From NCBI RefSeq assembly GCF_009914755.1, contig NC_060939.1: a DNA stretch of 64,000 nt; one strand, written 5' to 3'. Below, in pieces: positions 44,743 through 57,411 of this stretch; position 1 is the stretch's first letter, and each line of letters opens with the position of its first letter. Both the position numbers and the translations under genes were made by a program. The notes under the pieces are model-generated. The model searched no databases. It saw only the letters and a program-made list of their open reading frames with translations, and was not told the origin of the DNA. Source of the stretch: the human T2T-CHM13v2.0 reference genome, Homo sapiens.

Positions 44743-46609
44743 GGAACCAAGGGGTCTGTGATTTCCTGTTGACAGTCGGTCTCACAGAGTTGTGAATAGG
44801 GCAAAATTATTGAAACTTTTGATCCTGGACACCTTCATAAATAAGGTGTGCATTTGAAACATGCAATCTGAGTGCCCTATAATTTTTATCCTAAGTTTTT
44901 TTTTTTTCAAACATAGATAGTCTCAGTGCATTGTGGAATACTTTTGCCCTCATTGGTGCATTTGAGCTACTGTGCAGGTTTATAATCTTCTCAGTGACTA
45001 AGAATGCAGTGTTTTGATCAGCTGTGATATTATCCCTGCCTTGCCGTTCATTGTGAAGACTCCAGATGCGCACACCATATATAATTAACAATAGAAGATA
45101 TATCTGTTCTCAATACGTCTTTGTCTCCCTTCATCATTTTGCCTTGTCTGTTTTCTTTTGCCAAAAAGCCCATGCTACAATTAAATGTCTTTAGAATAAC
45201 ACAGTGAGAGTATTTCAGTGTAAAGGAACACTGGGGGAAATTTTAGCTAGAAACGTGAAGCTTGCTGTGGGGGTAGAGGGAAAAAAGGCAGAGTGCAGCT
45301 TTGACTTGAGGGAAAGGCGATCATTTGCTAGGAACCTTCACCAGCCCAACCGCCAAGCCACCATTTACTCGGGCACAATGGCTGGCTCCCATTTGCAAAG
45401 CAGATGTAAATCTGACCCTCCAAAGAAATAACTGGAGGTTGGCATTGTGTCAGGTATAATGCCATGCAGGAAGCCTAGTCCTCAGATGAAAGCAAAATAA
45501 TACTTAATGAACAACAACAAAAAAATCAAACCCTTTGTGTGTTGGGGACTACTGAACAGTTAAATGTTACCTTGACTTCTGAGTAGGAGCCATTCAGAGT
45601 ACAACGAAGCTAAGAATTCATTCAGCGTCATTGGGACTGACAGCCCTTCAGATATGATCCTTGTTAAACAAGCACCCTGTGGCAAAACTTCAGAAGGCCA
45701 CCTAGTCTTTCTGCTTCTAAAACTCAACATGAAAAACGGGTTGACATTTGGTGAAAAGACTACAGCTTATGAGCTCCGGATATAGTCAAAGCAGCTCCAA
45801 AGAGCAGAGTAGAAGACAAAACGTGGTTGAGAGGAACTCCCCTCTAAAGAGTAAACCAGGGGCAGAGCGTGTCCTGGATATGCACGGGAACCCAAGGTGC
45901 AGCCACCAAAGAGGGACGGTCTATAGGATGTTGACATCTTAAACGTTCAAACCCGTTTCTAATTATCCTTGTCCTTGTCCTAAATTAGCATGTTCTCCAT
46001 TGCCCAGACAGACCCACGCACCGACGTTGTGATCCATAAATTAAGTTAGCAACCATAGTAAGATAATTTGCCAATAATAACTTTTCACAGTTTCCTGCAG
46101 CATCAAAGTACAATCAACATGTCAGGTTCTGTTCTGCTGTGAGAGGAGAGAAACCTGTGAAAATGAGTTGGAGGTGGGGAAAGACAGATGACTGCAGTTT
46201 TCTTTGTAACAACAAGAAAACAACTCCCGCCCTCTACCTCCCACTGCTACGTTTGGTCCAGAGCCTCCAAGCAGGGACTTGTTTGGGCTAATGAAGGCCT
46301 TTTCCCATCTGGGACATTTGTTTTCATAGCAGAGGCGGCTGTTAATCAGCGTATTCCAAAAAAGCCAACGTGCTCCCCAGTTTGAGCGTGTGTTTCTGTC
46401 GCCCTGCTGCTGGGATTGTAATGGGATTTTCACAGCTGAAGAAGGCAGAGCCCCTCTTCACCAGCCCCTGCTTCCTGCCTTCAGGAAAAGGCATTTGTGA
46501 ATGATTCTACATGACAGCAACATGTGCTTGACTTGAGGTCTGGTAATTGTTTTCACACTAATTTTTACTTGTGAATATCCCCTCTCCCCCGAGTCAGGCG
46601 AGTTTTTGA

Positions 46610-46643
46610 AGATAGATGCTAGATAGATAGATGATTGACTGAC

Positions 46644-46706
<63 letters not shown>

Positions 46707-46708
46707 TA
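46610..46708. repeat. Compound (GATA)n(GACA)n tetranucleotide STR about 30 nt upstream of the penultimate exon
   Basis: Seen directly. From recall it may be linkage marker D15S816; this is unverified. Confidence 0.95.
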
Positions 46709-46737
46709 AAGAGATCTCCTGTGTTTCTATTTTTCAG

Positions 46738-46835
46738 GCATAAATAAATTTACTAAGAAGCTTCGAAATCCCTATTCCATCGACAATAATGAGCTACTAG
46801 ACTTCCTCTCTAGGGTACCGTCTGATGTTCAAAAG
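46738..46835 (+). CDS. MCTP2: MCTP2 penultimate coding exon (98 nt, phase 1-0), (G)[32 protein letters not shown]
   Basis: Acceptor gtttctatttttcag|G, donor AAG|gtatgt; [13 protein letters not shown] motif characteristic of MCTP proteins. Confidence 0.96.
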
Positions 46836-49007
46836 GTATGTAATGAATGGTTACCACCAACAGTGGCCCCAACCTGAAATCTGGCCAGCCCCGGAGCCAG
46901 AGGAACACAAGGCTTTGCTTGTGTGAGTAATTGAGATAAGGAACCAGAAAATCCTTAAAGAGGCCTGGCTTGCAGAGAAGTGGCAGAAAAATCTTTGTCC
47001 AAAGCATGAGGTGATTGGGGGAAATTGTTTTGAAAAAGAGCTACTTAAGTATGATCTGGAACTCACACTGTGTGGCTACTGGGCACTGATGCTTGTCCCC
47101 TTTCGATTGCTTGCCTCCCTAAAGAGGATAAGATGGGCTCAGTGAGTAGAATTGCATGAGATCCAAACCCAGGGAGTGTTGCTTATTTTCTTCTTCCGGG
47201 TGGCAAGCATTTTAGGGGAAGTAGGGGACAAAAGGATTATTCTTTTTATTCTCATTTGCCCTGATTTATCTCCTAGGCCTCCCTTCTATCGTCTTCCCTC
47301 TGAAGACTTAGGGATGCTGAGAATGCAGCCCCCATTTACTGTAATACACAAAGAGGCAGAGGCAGTGTGAAATAATGTGAGATCAATCAGAAGTATTATT
47401 CACAGATAATGGTCACCTAGTCCAGCAGTGTCCTGTTTCTGTGGATACACAGAGATTAACGAAGGCAACAATACTAGAAAGTCGTGTAGAGTAGCTCGAT
47501 CCTGGCCCCTGTGGATCAGCCTGCTATAAATCCAGAGGAAGGAGGGCAGGCGGCAGTTTCTCTAATGGAGAACAGAGATCACTGAATAGGTAGATGGGGA
47601 GACCATGGCGTGAAATATCATCAAGATGATCAAAGACACAATCCTTTAATATCTCAGAGAATCCCAAATCAAATATCGATTTTCATATTTGAGCCACTGT
47701 AGCATAATTGGTTCCCTGGCAGCTCAGGGAGGATTTCAAAGATCTGGGGCGGAAAAGCCTTAGAGTTTCTTTCCCCTTCATTCCGAGTTCTAGAAATTAA
47801 AATGGACTCTGTGATGCTATCTTCCTTTAAAATTCATTTCATAATTAGCTGTGAAAACACATTCTAGAAAGATGAATTTACTCTTTAACATTTGTATTAC
47901 TTAATTAAAAAATAATAACCCGGCCCCTGTTTGTTTTGCATTGAAGATTGACAGGTATGTCATCCTCTGCTCCCTTAGGGCACCTTCGCAAAACACCATA
48001 AGGAATGGGGTGTTTTCTTCATTTATCTGCCTCTGACAAAGTACAGCCTGACTTCTGTGATCAGGCATAATGTCCTTGGGGAATTTGTCACAAATGCTAA
48101 AAATAGGGAGCACATGTGGTCTGTAATACAATGTTTTAAATAAAGCCATTCCACCAGCAGCCTATCAAAGCCCACACACCAAAGCAATATATTTGCAACG
48201 TACCATCACTTGGGTCGCAGTGTGAGTTCACACTGTATCCTTGAAGAACAGAAATTTCCCTCAAGCCCCCAAGGATTCTCTGTGCAGAGTCCAGTCACTA
48301 GCCCTCAAAGTGGCCATTCCAGTTGGAGATGGCATGAACACAGAGAGATGCAGCAAAAGAACATTCCAGGAAGATGTACAGTATGCTAGTAAGATCCTCC
48401 GTGTATCGCCAAGGGCGCTTTCTAATAACACAGTGACAGTTTGCCACTGGGGACTCCCAAGTACTCATATTTATCACAGATGTTTTAGTCATTACATTGC
48501 AAATGAAATTAATTTCCACGAGAAATCTATATAAAAGTCTGGGGTCCAGTATCAATTTCAGCATTTTTTCCTCTCAGGCAAAGTAAATGTGTATAATTTT
48601 CCGAGATGTTTTCCCCAAGATTTTAGATATTTTTAAACGAATAATCCTCAGTAAGTTGCTGTATCATATACTAAGATAAACATTCCCAAGAGGCAGTTAT
48701 TAAGCTTACTTATGGTTGAAAACTGGCACACACAAAACGAACATCATCTAGCAGTGCCCAGCGAAGGTAGAAACCCACGCATCTCATTAGAAAAATCTGC
48801 TTTTAATATTTTGGTTTCAAGAAATGATGCATGACTTCTCAAATCCTTCCTGCAATTAATCCCTCCATGTTCCTGTGTTTAGAAAATGATTCATTACCTT
48901 TGAACCTTCCTTCCTTTGCCTTCGGTTGTCCTTGGGGAGCCATTAGCACACACTGTGGCGAGCTAGGGTTACCTAACCGCCAGCATCACGGCTATTTGTT
49001 TTCACAG

Positions 49008-49076
49008 GTGCAGTATGCAGAATTGAAACTCTGCAGCAGCCACAGCCCCCTGCGGAAGAAGCGCAGCGCTCTCTAG
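49008..49076 (+). CDS. MCTP2: MCTP2 terminal coding segment [22 protein letters not shown]
   Basis: Acceptor ctatttgttttcacag|G, TAG at 49074-49076; the six exons total 552 nt = 183 aa plus stop. Confidence 0.95.
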   Translation: MQYAELKLCSSHSPLRKKRSAL

Positions 49077-51199
49077 GGCACACACCGACTTTGGACAGCA
49101 GCACCCAATATTGTGTTTGGTTGAGTAGACCAATGTTATGGCTGTTTCAGTGGTACCCAAGGTGTCCTTCTGAAATGCATGCCCTGTGGCACCCTCTGTA
49201 TACTTCCTCCTCCTTCACGTGCACAGACATACACACATGTGCACACACCCTCATGCATGGGTGTCCTAGTTGCGTAGAGGGTCAGCCCAGCGAAAAGCAA
49301 CAACCCCAAGACTGTGAAAGACTAACATCCATTCTGAAATAGGAGATAACAAGGCTGCCATGGATCTGAACACCACCTTCCTTGAGAACAGCCAGGAGCC
49401 CACTTGGATTCAAGAGTGACTTTGAACTTGTTTTCACACCTCCAACAGACTCTCATTAAGATTCAGTTATTTCCGCTCCCCAGCCCCACACTCCTTTCAG
49501 ATTATCGTTCATGGGCGTAAGTCTCTTCTCAGAGTTAACAAGTCTTTGGTAGTCATCCTCTGTCCAAATATTGTATATTATTAAAAGGCATTTTTAATAA
49601 TTACCAGAATTAGCTCAAACCTTTAGGGATCTTTCAGCCATGATTATTAAGGATATGTATGTGAATTTTTGGGAAACCTCTCGGTGCTGGATGCCAGCCT
49701 ACAGCAGGGTCCATTGCTGGCAATGGATGGCCCAGGAAGGTCCCTAGAGATCACTCACTTGAAAAATGAGGGTCCCATGAAAGTATTTGGTTGCCTTCTG
49801 ATGCCACTTCTTCTCACTTTACTTTTTGCTTATTTTCAAAATATTATAAAATGTCAACATATAATTTCAGAAAGGCAGGTGGGGGTAGGGGAGAAATGAA
49901 TGAATAAATTCTCTAGGTATTTAGAAAGATAAGAAACTGAAGACCGAGAGACTAATAAGGCTGCTTACCTAATTATTATAATCATTTCATTTGCCTGAAT
50001 GTTTTAAGCAGGAAGTAGAAATACTTTGGCTGCCCAAATGTATCTTTTGTTCCTCTTAGAAGTAAAATAAGCTACATACAATAAAAATTTATTTCAGAAC
50101 CCCATTTCTAGAAAATACCACCCCAGAGTCCTCATTTGATAGCATCTGTCTCCTGCAGACCTCATCATTCCACAGTATTTCCCTGCCATGTAAAAATCCT
50201 GACTTTGTGCGTATATAAAATGTATGCAATTAAGTCTGTTTAAATGATATTTAAGTTTTAAAGACTGTATTTTGTTGACACATACTTTGTGCAGTTTTTA
50301 TGTATGTATGTATTATAAAAAAAGTTAAGGTTAAAAACATCTCATTTAATAGTGAGTTCACTATTTTTTTTTTTTTGTCTCTGGGTTGTAATTTAATAAT
50401 CTTCAAACAAAATGTTTACGAAAAATGCCAAAGATTCTAAATCTTATCATCCCGTGTCTGTTTTTCTTCATGTTGTATCTCACTGGGTTGCTTTCTGGCT
50501 GAGCCAGAATTCTGCATGATTTGATTTACTTCAAGTTAATGAAGCTGGCTGGAAAAGAGCCTTGCAGAAATTATAAAAGCTCCAGTAAATCTCGTAGTTG
50601 TACATACAATAGATACCCAAGAACCTCTTTTGTTAAACCAGTTACTCAATCTTCTGTGTAAACAATGCCTCATTGTCTTGCTTCTAACTATCATCTAGTT
50701 TATCATAGTCTGTCATTTTGTAACGACCTAAGTCAGACATTTTTAAACAGACATGTGAGATCTGATCAGTCATTTGAATGAAAACTTTCAGCAGCAAAAT
50801 AACCCCTTATTTATTTAAAAGTGGAACCAATACTTTATTGTTGTTCTTTTGCTATAGAATTTCAAAATGAAATTATTTGCCCGACAAGAAGGCATCATTA
50901 GTTAGACTTGTTTCCTCTGTAGCCCGATTGAAATTCTCAGTGTTAAGTTTAGGACCCAAACACCAGCTGGGACGTAAGAGCAGGACCGAATCAACCTTGA
51001 ATAAACTGTATATAGAAAACAATTGTTAGTTGATTAAGTAGACATTGGATGTTTGTTAGAAAGGAATGTTAGTTGTAAGTGACATGTTAAGATTTATACA
51101 ATTGTCAAAAACTTTTAGGAAAGATTCCAGAATGCTTTTGATAAAATTTATCGATTATGGATTCACAGTGTGATAATTAAGTAGGGATGTTGAAGTCTT

Positions 51200-51860
51200 G
51201 CCAAGTTTTCCTGGTTCCCTTCTCAAACTTTATCTTCCCATTTCTAGCCCTGTCTCTCTATCTTACAGGCATCTACACCTCAGCAAGTCAGAAACTAAAC
51301 ATCATCTGTCTCTCCCTGTCTTCAGAACCCCAACCCTCATAATCTCCTTCCAGCTTCCTTATTTCCCTTACCAGGACTGGCATTTTCTGGGCTTGGAATT
51401 TCTTGGTCATCCTCTTTTTTTTTGTTCCTCGTGCTGTTGTCCTCGTCTCCCAACCCCTAAAGCCTAGTAGGTCCAGTGTCAATGCATTAACCACTTCTGT
51501 TCTGATTTCCACCACCCAAGTGGAGGCCTTCATAACCTCTCAGACGTCACGGCCATGATGCCAGTTACATTACGCCTAGTTAATCTTCATTCAGACTGGA
51601 AGGACCTGCCCCCAGTTGTTTCTTTCTGAATAGATTCTACTCTCCTTCAACACTTCCAAAGTCTCCTGCCCCAAAGAGGCTTAGTTAGTCCTGTGGCTGG
51701 ATGTGACTCCAACTTCCTTTTTTGTACCATCACATCTTTCATATCTTTCTGGCATCTGCCATACATCATAAGAGGCTTTGACCACTGTCCTCCACTGAAT
51801 AGCCCATTACAGCTAGCACCTAATAGTTACTCAGGAAATAAATACATGTTTAACAGGCCA
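51200..51860 (+). mobile_element. Degraded L2 fragment
   Basis: Pyrimidine-rich L2-like text ending ctagcacctaatagttactcaggaaataaatacatgtt. Confidence 0.45.
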
Positions 51861-52134
51861 GGTCGTAGAGATTATTTTTCTTTCTCTGCCTTTTCATGTG
51901 CTGCTTTCAGAACAGAGGGCTGGATTGGATAGATTAGTATGATCTATCCTGGAGATTCATTTCTTGCATTAAGAGCTTATTTTGTGTGATATTATTTATA
52001 ATCCCTGACTATGTCAATTATAAACTTTTAAATTATGTCTTATATTTGAAGTTCTTACCTACATATCAGAGGAAAATATAATGTTTATTTCTAGGTGGTA
52101 AAACAATCTTCTGGATTCTTTTTTCTTTACTTGT

Positions 52135-53120
52135 AAATTATCATTTAACAAGTCTATATTGAATGCCGATAATTTTCTGGAACAAAACAGACTACATTCC
52201 CTTGGTAAAGCCAGACATTAAACAGATACTTTCAAGCAACAGCATGCCATGCTCAGATTTAAGTTTGAAAAATATTCTAGCTGCAATGGATAGCCTAGCA
52301 ATTTTCAAAGTTTAGAGAAGTTATTAATATTAGCCCTTTGTAGTACTCCTGATAAATGAATAACACCCTGGACTTTCAAATAGTGGCACTGGGAAAAAAG
52401 TAAGTAGAATTGAGAGATGGTGAAGAGATAAAGTGAGCAGGACTTAACAATTGCTGGACTATGGGATGAGGGAGCGTAGAGTCAAGGATGGCTCTCAGTC
52501 CCTAGGTCTCCAGGTCTAGGAAGATGGTGTTACCTTTCACTAAGGGAGAGAACTGTAAGAACTGCTGTGAGAGGACCACAGGAGTCCAGTTTTAGCGCTG
52601 AATCTCAGGTGACTGAAAAGCATCCAAATAGGAATGTCAGCAAGGTAATGGAATATATAGTTCTCAGAGAAGTAACACACTGTACTTGAGATGTACACAA
52701 GTTAAAGGCAAACATTGTATATGAAAAGTGATCAAAACTACATGCTTCAAGAAATTAAACCTTGAAGAACTCAACAGTTAATGTCATATATAGAAAGGCA
52801 AGTCAGTTAAGAGTGTAAATAGAAACGGGTAAATACAGAGGAGAAAAACAGTAAGCATGGACTGTCCTAGAATTCAGTGGCAGAGCATACTGCAAGAAAG
52901 CTGATGTGGTCAATAATATCAAATGCCGCTGAGATCACATAAGTACAGAATCATGACCTTAATGGTTTGACAGTTTGGAAGCACCCTGGCAACAAGCCAT
53001 TTCAGTGGAATGGTAGAAATGGAAACCACGCTGGGTTGAGAAGTGAGTGGATGTGAAAATATGGGGCCTCTGAATGGAGGTAACCCTTGAAAAATTCCAC
53101 TGTGGAGAAGAAAGGAGAGA
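52135..53120 (-). mobile_element. Degraded L2 fragment, antisense
   Basis: tcatttaacaagtctatattgaatgcc...gagtcaaggatggctctcag...gtggtcaataatatcaaatgccgctgaga. Confidence 0.6.
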
Positions 53121-53275
53121 GAGAGGGCTGGAATTTGGAATGAAAGGAGATATTTGGGATTATTTTAGTAAGAAAACAGAGGTGTCATGACCTCAGTGTA
53201 ACCCTATTAGCTGCAAAAAATTCTTCATGGGCTTGAGATGGAGTTAGCCATATTCATTATTGAAAACTATGTTCT

Positions 53276-53894
53276 GCACTTATACATTGTTGGTTGGAGT
53301 GTAAATTAGTTCAACCGCTGTGGAAGACAGGGTGGGTGTTTCCTCAAAAACCTAAAGACAGAAATACCATTTGACCCAGCAATCCCATAACTGGGTATGT
53401 ACCCAAAGGAATATAAATTGTTCTACTATAAAAACACATGCACACACATGTTCACTGCAACACTATTTACAATAGCAAAGACACTGGATCAGTCTAAATG
53501 CCCATCATTGATAGAATGGATAAAGAAAATGTGGTAGAGGTACACCATGGAATACTATGCAGCCATAAAAAAGAATGAGATCATGTCCTTTTGCAGGAAC
53601 TTGGATACAGCTGGAGGCCATTATCCTTAGCAAACTAATGCAGCAACAGAAAACCAAATACCACATGTTCTCATTTATAGGTAGGAGTTAAATGATGAGA
53701 ACACATGGACATGTAGAAGGGAACAAAATACACTGGGGGCTATTGGAGGGTGAAGGGTGAAAGGAGGAAGAGGATCAGGAAAAATAATGAGTACCAGGCT
53801 TAATACATGGGCGATGAAATAATCTGTATGACAAGCCTCTCTGACACAGTTTACCTATGTAACAAACCTGCACAGTTACCCCTGAACTTTAAAA
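53276..53894 (+). mobile_element. 5'-truncated L1PA (about PA12-16) 3' end
   Basis: L1 ORF2 end plus 3' UTR; perfect 13-bp TSD AAAACTATGTTCT at 53263-53275 and 53895-53907. Confidence 0.93.
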
Positions 53895-53966
53895 AAAACT
53901 ATGTTCTATCAAAACCTGCCTCTCATTTATGTATTAGGAATCTTGTGACAACGGAACAGTTGAAAA

Positions 53967-53977
53967 ATTAAAATAAA
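53967..53977 (+). promoter_or_regulatory. Candidate distal polyadenylation signal (overlapping ATTAAA/AATAAA)
   Basis: aattaaaataaaaa seen directly; usage is inferred. Confidence 0.5.
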
Positions 53978-55479
53978 AATTGCCTGAAAATGCATTGAGT
54001 AGTAACTGATAATTGAATAAATGCTGAAATCCTGAAGGGTGACTTCTAAAGGAATGGCTTCAAGCATGTTACCTCTGTGTAAAGCCCACAGCTGTTCTGT
54101 CCTAGCATTTATGTAATGATTTACACAGGAAAATGGATATTCAAGCACACAAGAATACTAATATTTTATGGCATTTATCAAATGCCAGTTACTTTCTAAG
54201 TGTTTTAGATATAATTGCTCATTCAAAATAATTCTAAAAACTGAAATTTCTCCAAATACTTATAGGAAAAAAAAAAAACCTGTCGCTCTTATACAAACTC
54301 TTCTAGACAATAACAAAAGAAAAAAAACCACTTTCTTAAGCATTTTATGAGGCCAACATAACTCTCCTTCAAAACCAACTAAGTTCTACCAGAATGGAAA
54401 ACTACTTAAGAAAATCCCTTATGAAGATACAAAATTGTGAAAGATATACAGAAGTCTTTACACTGAAAACATCAGTGAGGCTTCCAGATACTTGACCAGA
54501 CAATAATGAGTAGATAATCACAGTTCACATATATAAGAGAGAATGCTGGAATTCTACAGATAAGTGACAGGAAACACCTAAAGCAAGGAAGGGAAAGAAA
54601 GCAATACAGTCTGTTCAGGTGGGATAGGCTAGGAGCCAGGAAAGGCTTCCCAGTATGAGAAAAGAGTAAGTGGGTGACTCCTACTGATCAACGTTCCCAC
54701 TACAGACTCCCACATTCCAGCCATAGGAATGCCCCTAGACTATTGTGAGCCCCCAGACCAACATAGGGAGCTACCTGAAGACCGTGTGACGATACTGCCC
54801 CAGAGAGGGAGCACACATAATCCCACACACCCCCAAGTCCTAAGCAGCTACAGCAAGTTGTCACTTGGATATCTCAGCCCTCACCAGACTGCATTCTGTC
54901 CTGGGCCCTACAGCCCCTGCATCTTCATATCCCTGGAACCCCAATGACATGCTTCACCTGCAGCCACAACTCCAGCTGCCTGCTACCTGTAGGGCTTAAG
55001 TGTGAGCTGTTGGCAGCTACCACACTGCTCCCAACTGTGAAGCTGCTGTGCAGCTTTTAATCACCCTAAGGACAACAAATCCACCAGGTGACAGCCATAG
55101 CAGTGGGCTGCCTCAACTGGGGCCAAAGGCAAGTGAAATGTACACTTCCCAGGCACTTGTGTGCCACTGCTGCCATTGAAAGTGACTCTATTCTCCCCTG
55201 TACCAGGGGTGCAGTACAGCTGCTGCCACCCCAACATGAACATTCTGGGGCCTGGGGTCACACCGCCCCTGCCTTCCATAGTCAGTGTCTGCAAGCACTA
55301 CTGAAGGATGTGAGGATGAGTCCACTGGACCTAGCTCTGACCCCCACCCCCTAGTATCAAATCATGGCATCTGGAGGCCTGGGGAGTACTCAGCCCAGTC
55401 CACCAATATTGGCACCTGAGCACTCCAACAAGGGCCCTGAAGTTGGGGCCACCCAACCTGCCACTACCATCACAGTGAG

Positions 55480-55508
<29 letters not shown>
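55480..55508. repeat. (CA)n tract inside the L1 5' UTR
   Basis: Seen directly. Confidence 0.9.
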
Positions 55509-55510
<2 letters not shown>

Positions 55511-57266
55511 GTCACCTGTGGGCCTGGGGACTGGCCTGCCCAGCCTGTCACAACCACTGCCAACACCACTGTGGAGCTCTTGGGACTCAGAGGTTAGTCC
55601 TACCACTACTACTGCTTCACCCATGCCATGCCAACTGCCCAAGTGCCCAAGGACACACTTACCACCAGCCCACGACTGCCACTATCATCACCCAAACAAG
55701 CTGCCTGGAGGCCCAAGAATTGGCTGGCTTGGGTCTGCTAGCACAGTGCCAGCATACACTGTCCTAGGGCCCAAGGACAGGCCCATCTGGTGTCCTTTTC
55801 ACAAGCAAAAGTTCACCACAGCCTTCCCTAATAACCACAACCTAGGCCACTGACGAAAATCACAGACACCAGTGAAGCTATTTAGAGCCAAAGAAATCAT
55901 GAGAGCTACACTACTGCATACACCCAGAATCAAAGCCAAAGTACCATACCCAACAAACACCACAGACACATCTTCAGGAAAAAGCCCTGCCCTAGGAAAG
56001 CAAGTTAAAAAATGGAAAGAAGTGATTGTCATGACAGATGTTCAGATATCAGTGTAAGGACACAAGAAACATGAAAAAAAAAAAAAAAAAAAAAAAAAAA
56101 AAGCAAAGATAGTACTTCCAAAGGGACATAAAATCCCAGCAACAGATTAACCAAAAGAAGAAATCTATGAAATCCTGGATAAAGAATTCAAAATACCAAT
56201 ATTAAGAAGCTCAGTTAGATCCAAGAGAATACAGAAAAACAATACAAATAAATCAGAAAAACAAGTTAGTATATGAATGAGAAATTTTCTAGAGATAGAT
56301 GTCATAAAGAACAAAACAAATTCTGGAACTGAATGATTTATTAAGTAAAATACAAAATACTTTCAATAGCTCAACAATAGACTAGATCAAGAAGAATTTC
56401 AAAACTTGAAGACACGTCTTTTAAAATAACACAGACAAAAATAAAAAAAAATTGAGCAAAGCCTACGTGACATATGAGATACCTTATAGTGATCAAATTT
56501 TTTGGTGTTCCACAAGACAAAGGGAAAATAAAAAAGTTAGAAAACCTATTTATTGAAATAATAGCTGAAAACACCCTAAGTCTAGGAAGAGATTTAGACA
56601 TTCAGATACAGAACGTTTAGAGATTCCAAAACACAATGCAAAAAGGTCTTCTCCTCAGCACATTATAATCAAATTGTAGTAAGTGGAAGATCAAGAGAGT
56701 ACTCTTAAAAACAGCAAGAGAAAAGCATCAAGTCCCTCATAAGGGAACCCTCATCAAACTAACATTGAATTTCTCCTCAGAAATTTAACAGTCCAGGAGA
56801 GAATGAGATGATATATTCAAAGTGCTGAAAATAATAATAATCATCATCATCGTCATCATCATCTTTCCAAGCTAAGCAAAAGCTGAGAGAAATCATCACC
56901 CTAGACTGGCCTGGCAAGAAATGCTTAAGGGAGTCCTACCTGGGAGGAAAGAGACACCATCTACAATCATGAAAACACATGAAAGTACAGAACTAAATGG
57001 TAGCACAAACACAAAAATAAAGAAGAGAAAGGACACAAATATTACCACTACAGACAACTATCAACCCACAATAATAAACATTAATGGAGAAAGAAAGGAA
57101 CAAATGATATACCAAACAACCAGTAATCAATTAATAAATAACAGGAATAAGCCCTCACATATCAGTAATATCTTTGAATGTAAATAGATTAAACTTTACA
57201 CTTACAGGATATAGACTGGCAGAATGTATTTTTAAAATGACCAATTATATGCTGCCTATAAGAAAT

Positions 57267-57411
57267 AAGAAGCCTGCAGAAAAGAAACTTACTACAGAGG
57301 AAAAGAAGCCTGCTGCATAAACTCTTAAATTTGATTATTCCATAAAGGTCAAATCATCATGGACAGCTTCTTTTGAATAAAGACCTGATTATACAGGCAA
57401 AAAAAAAAAAA
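57267..57411 (+). pseudogene. RPL4: Severely 5'-truncated processed pseudogene of ribosomal protein L4 (last 17 codons, 3' UTR and poly(A))
   Basis: Reads KKPAEKKLTTEEKKPAA* (RPL4 ends KKPAEKKPTTEEKKPAA from recall); AATAAA at 57376; A-tail from 57399; TSD AAGAAAT at 57260-57266 and 57412-57418. Confidence 0.88.

Larger units (their letters stand above)
49077..53995 (+). other. MCTP2: MCTP2 3' UTR (long form; distal end inferred)
   Basis: Follows the stop codon; AATAAA at 49903, 50080, 51000, 51837, 53972 (overlapping ATTAAA at 53967) and 54016. The distal end rests on the overlapping signals and my recall of a roughly 5 kb last exon. Confidence 0.6.

Noticed and set aside
51200-53120. Oppositely oriented L2 fragments in the 3' UTR as a dsRNA or miRNA hairpin
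   Set aside because: Both copies are too diverged for visible extended complementarity.
54729-56057. Cluster of overlapping ORFs in GC-richer sequence suggesting a gene
   Set aside because: It lies in the 5' UTR of the old L1; no consistent frame or splice structure.
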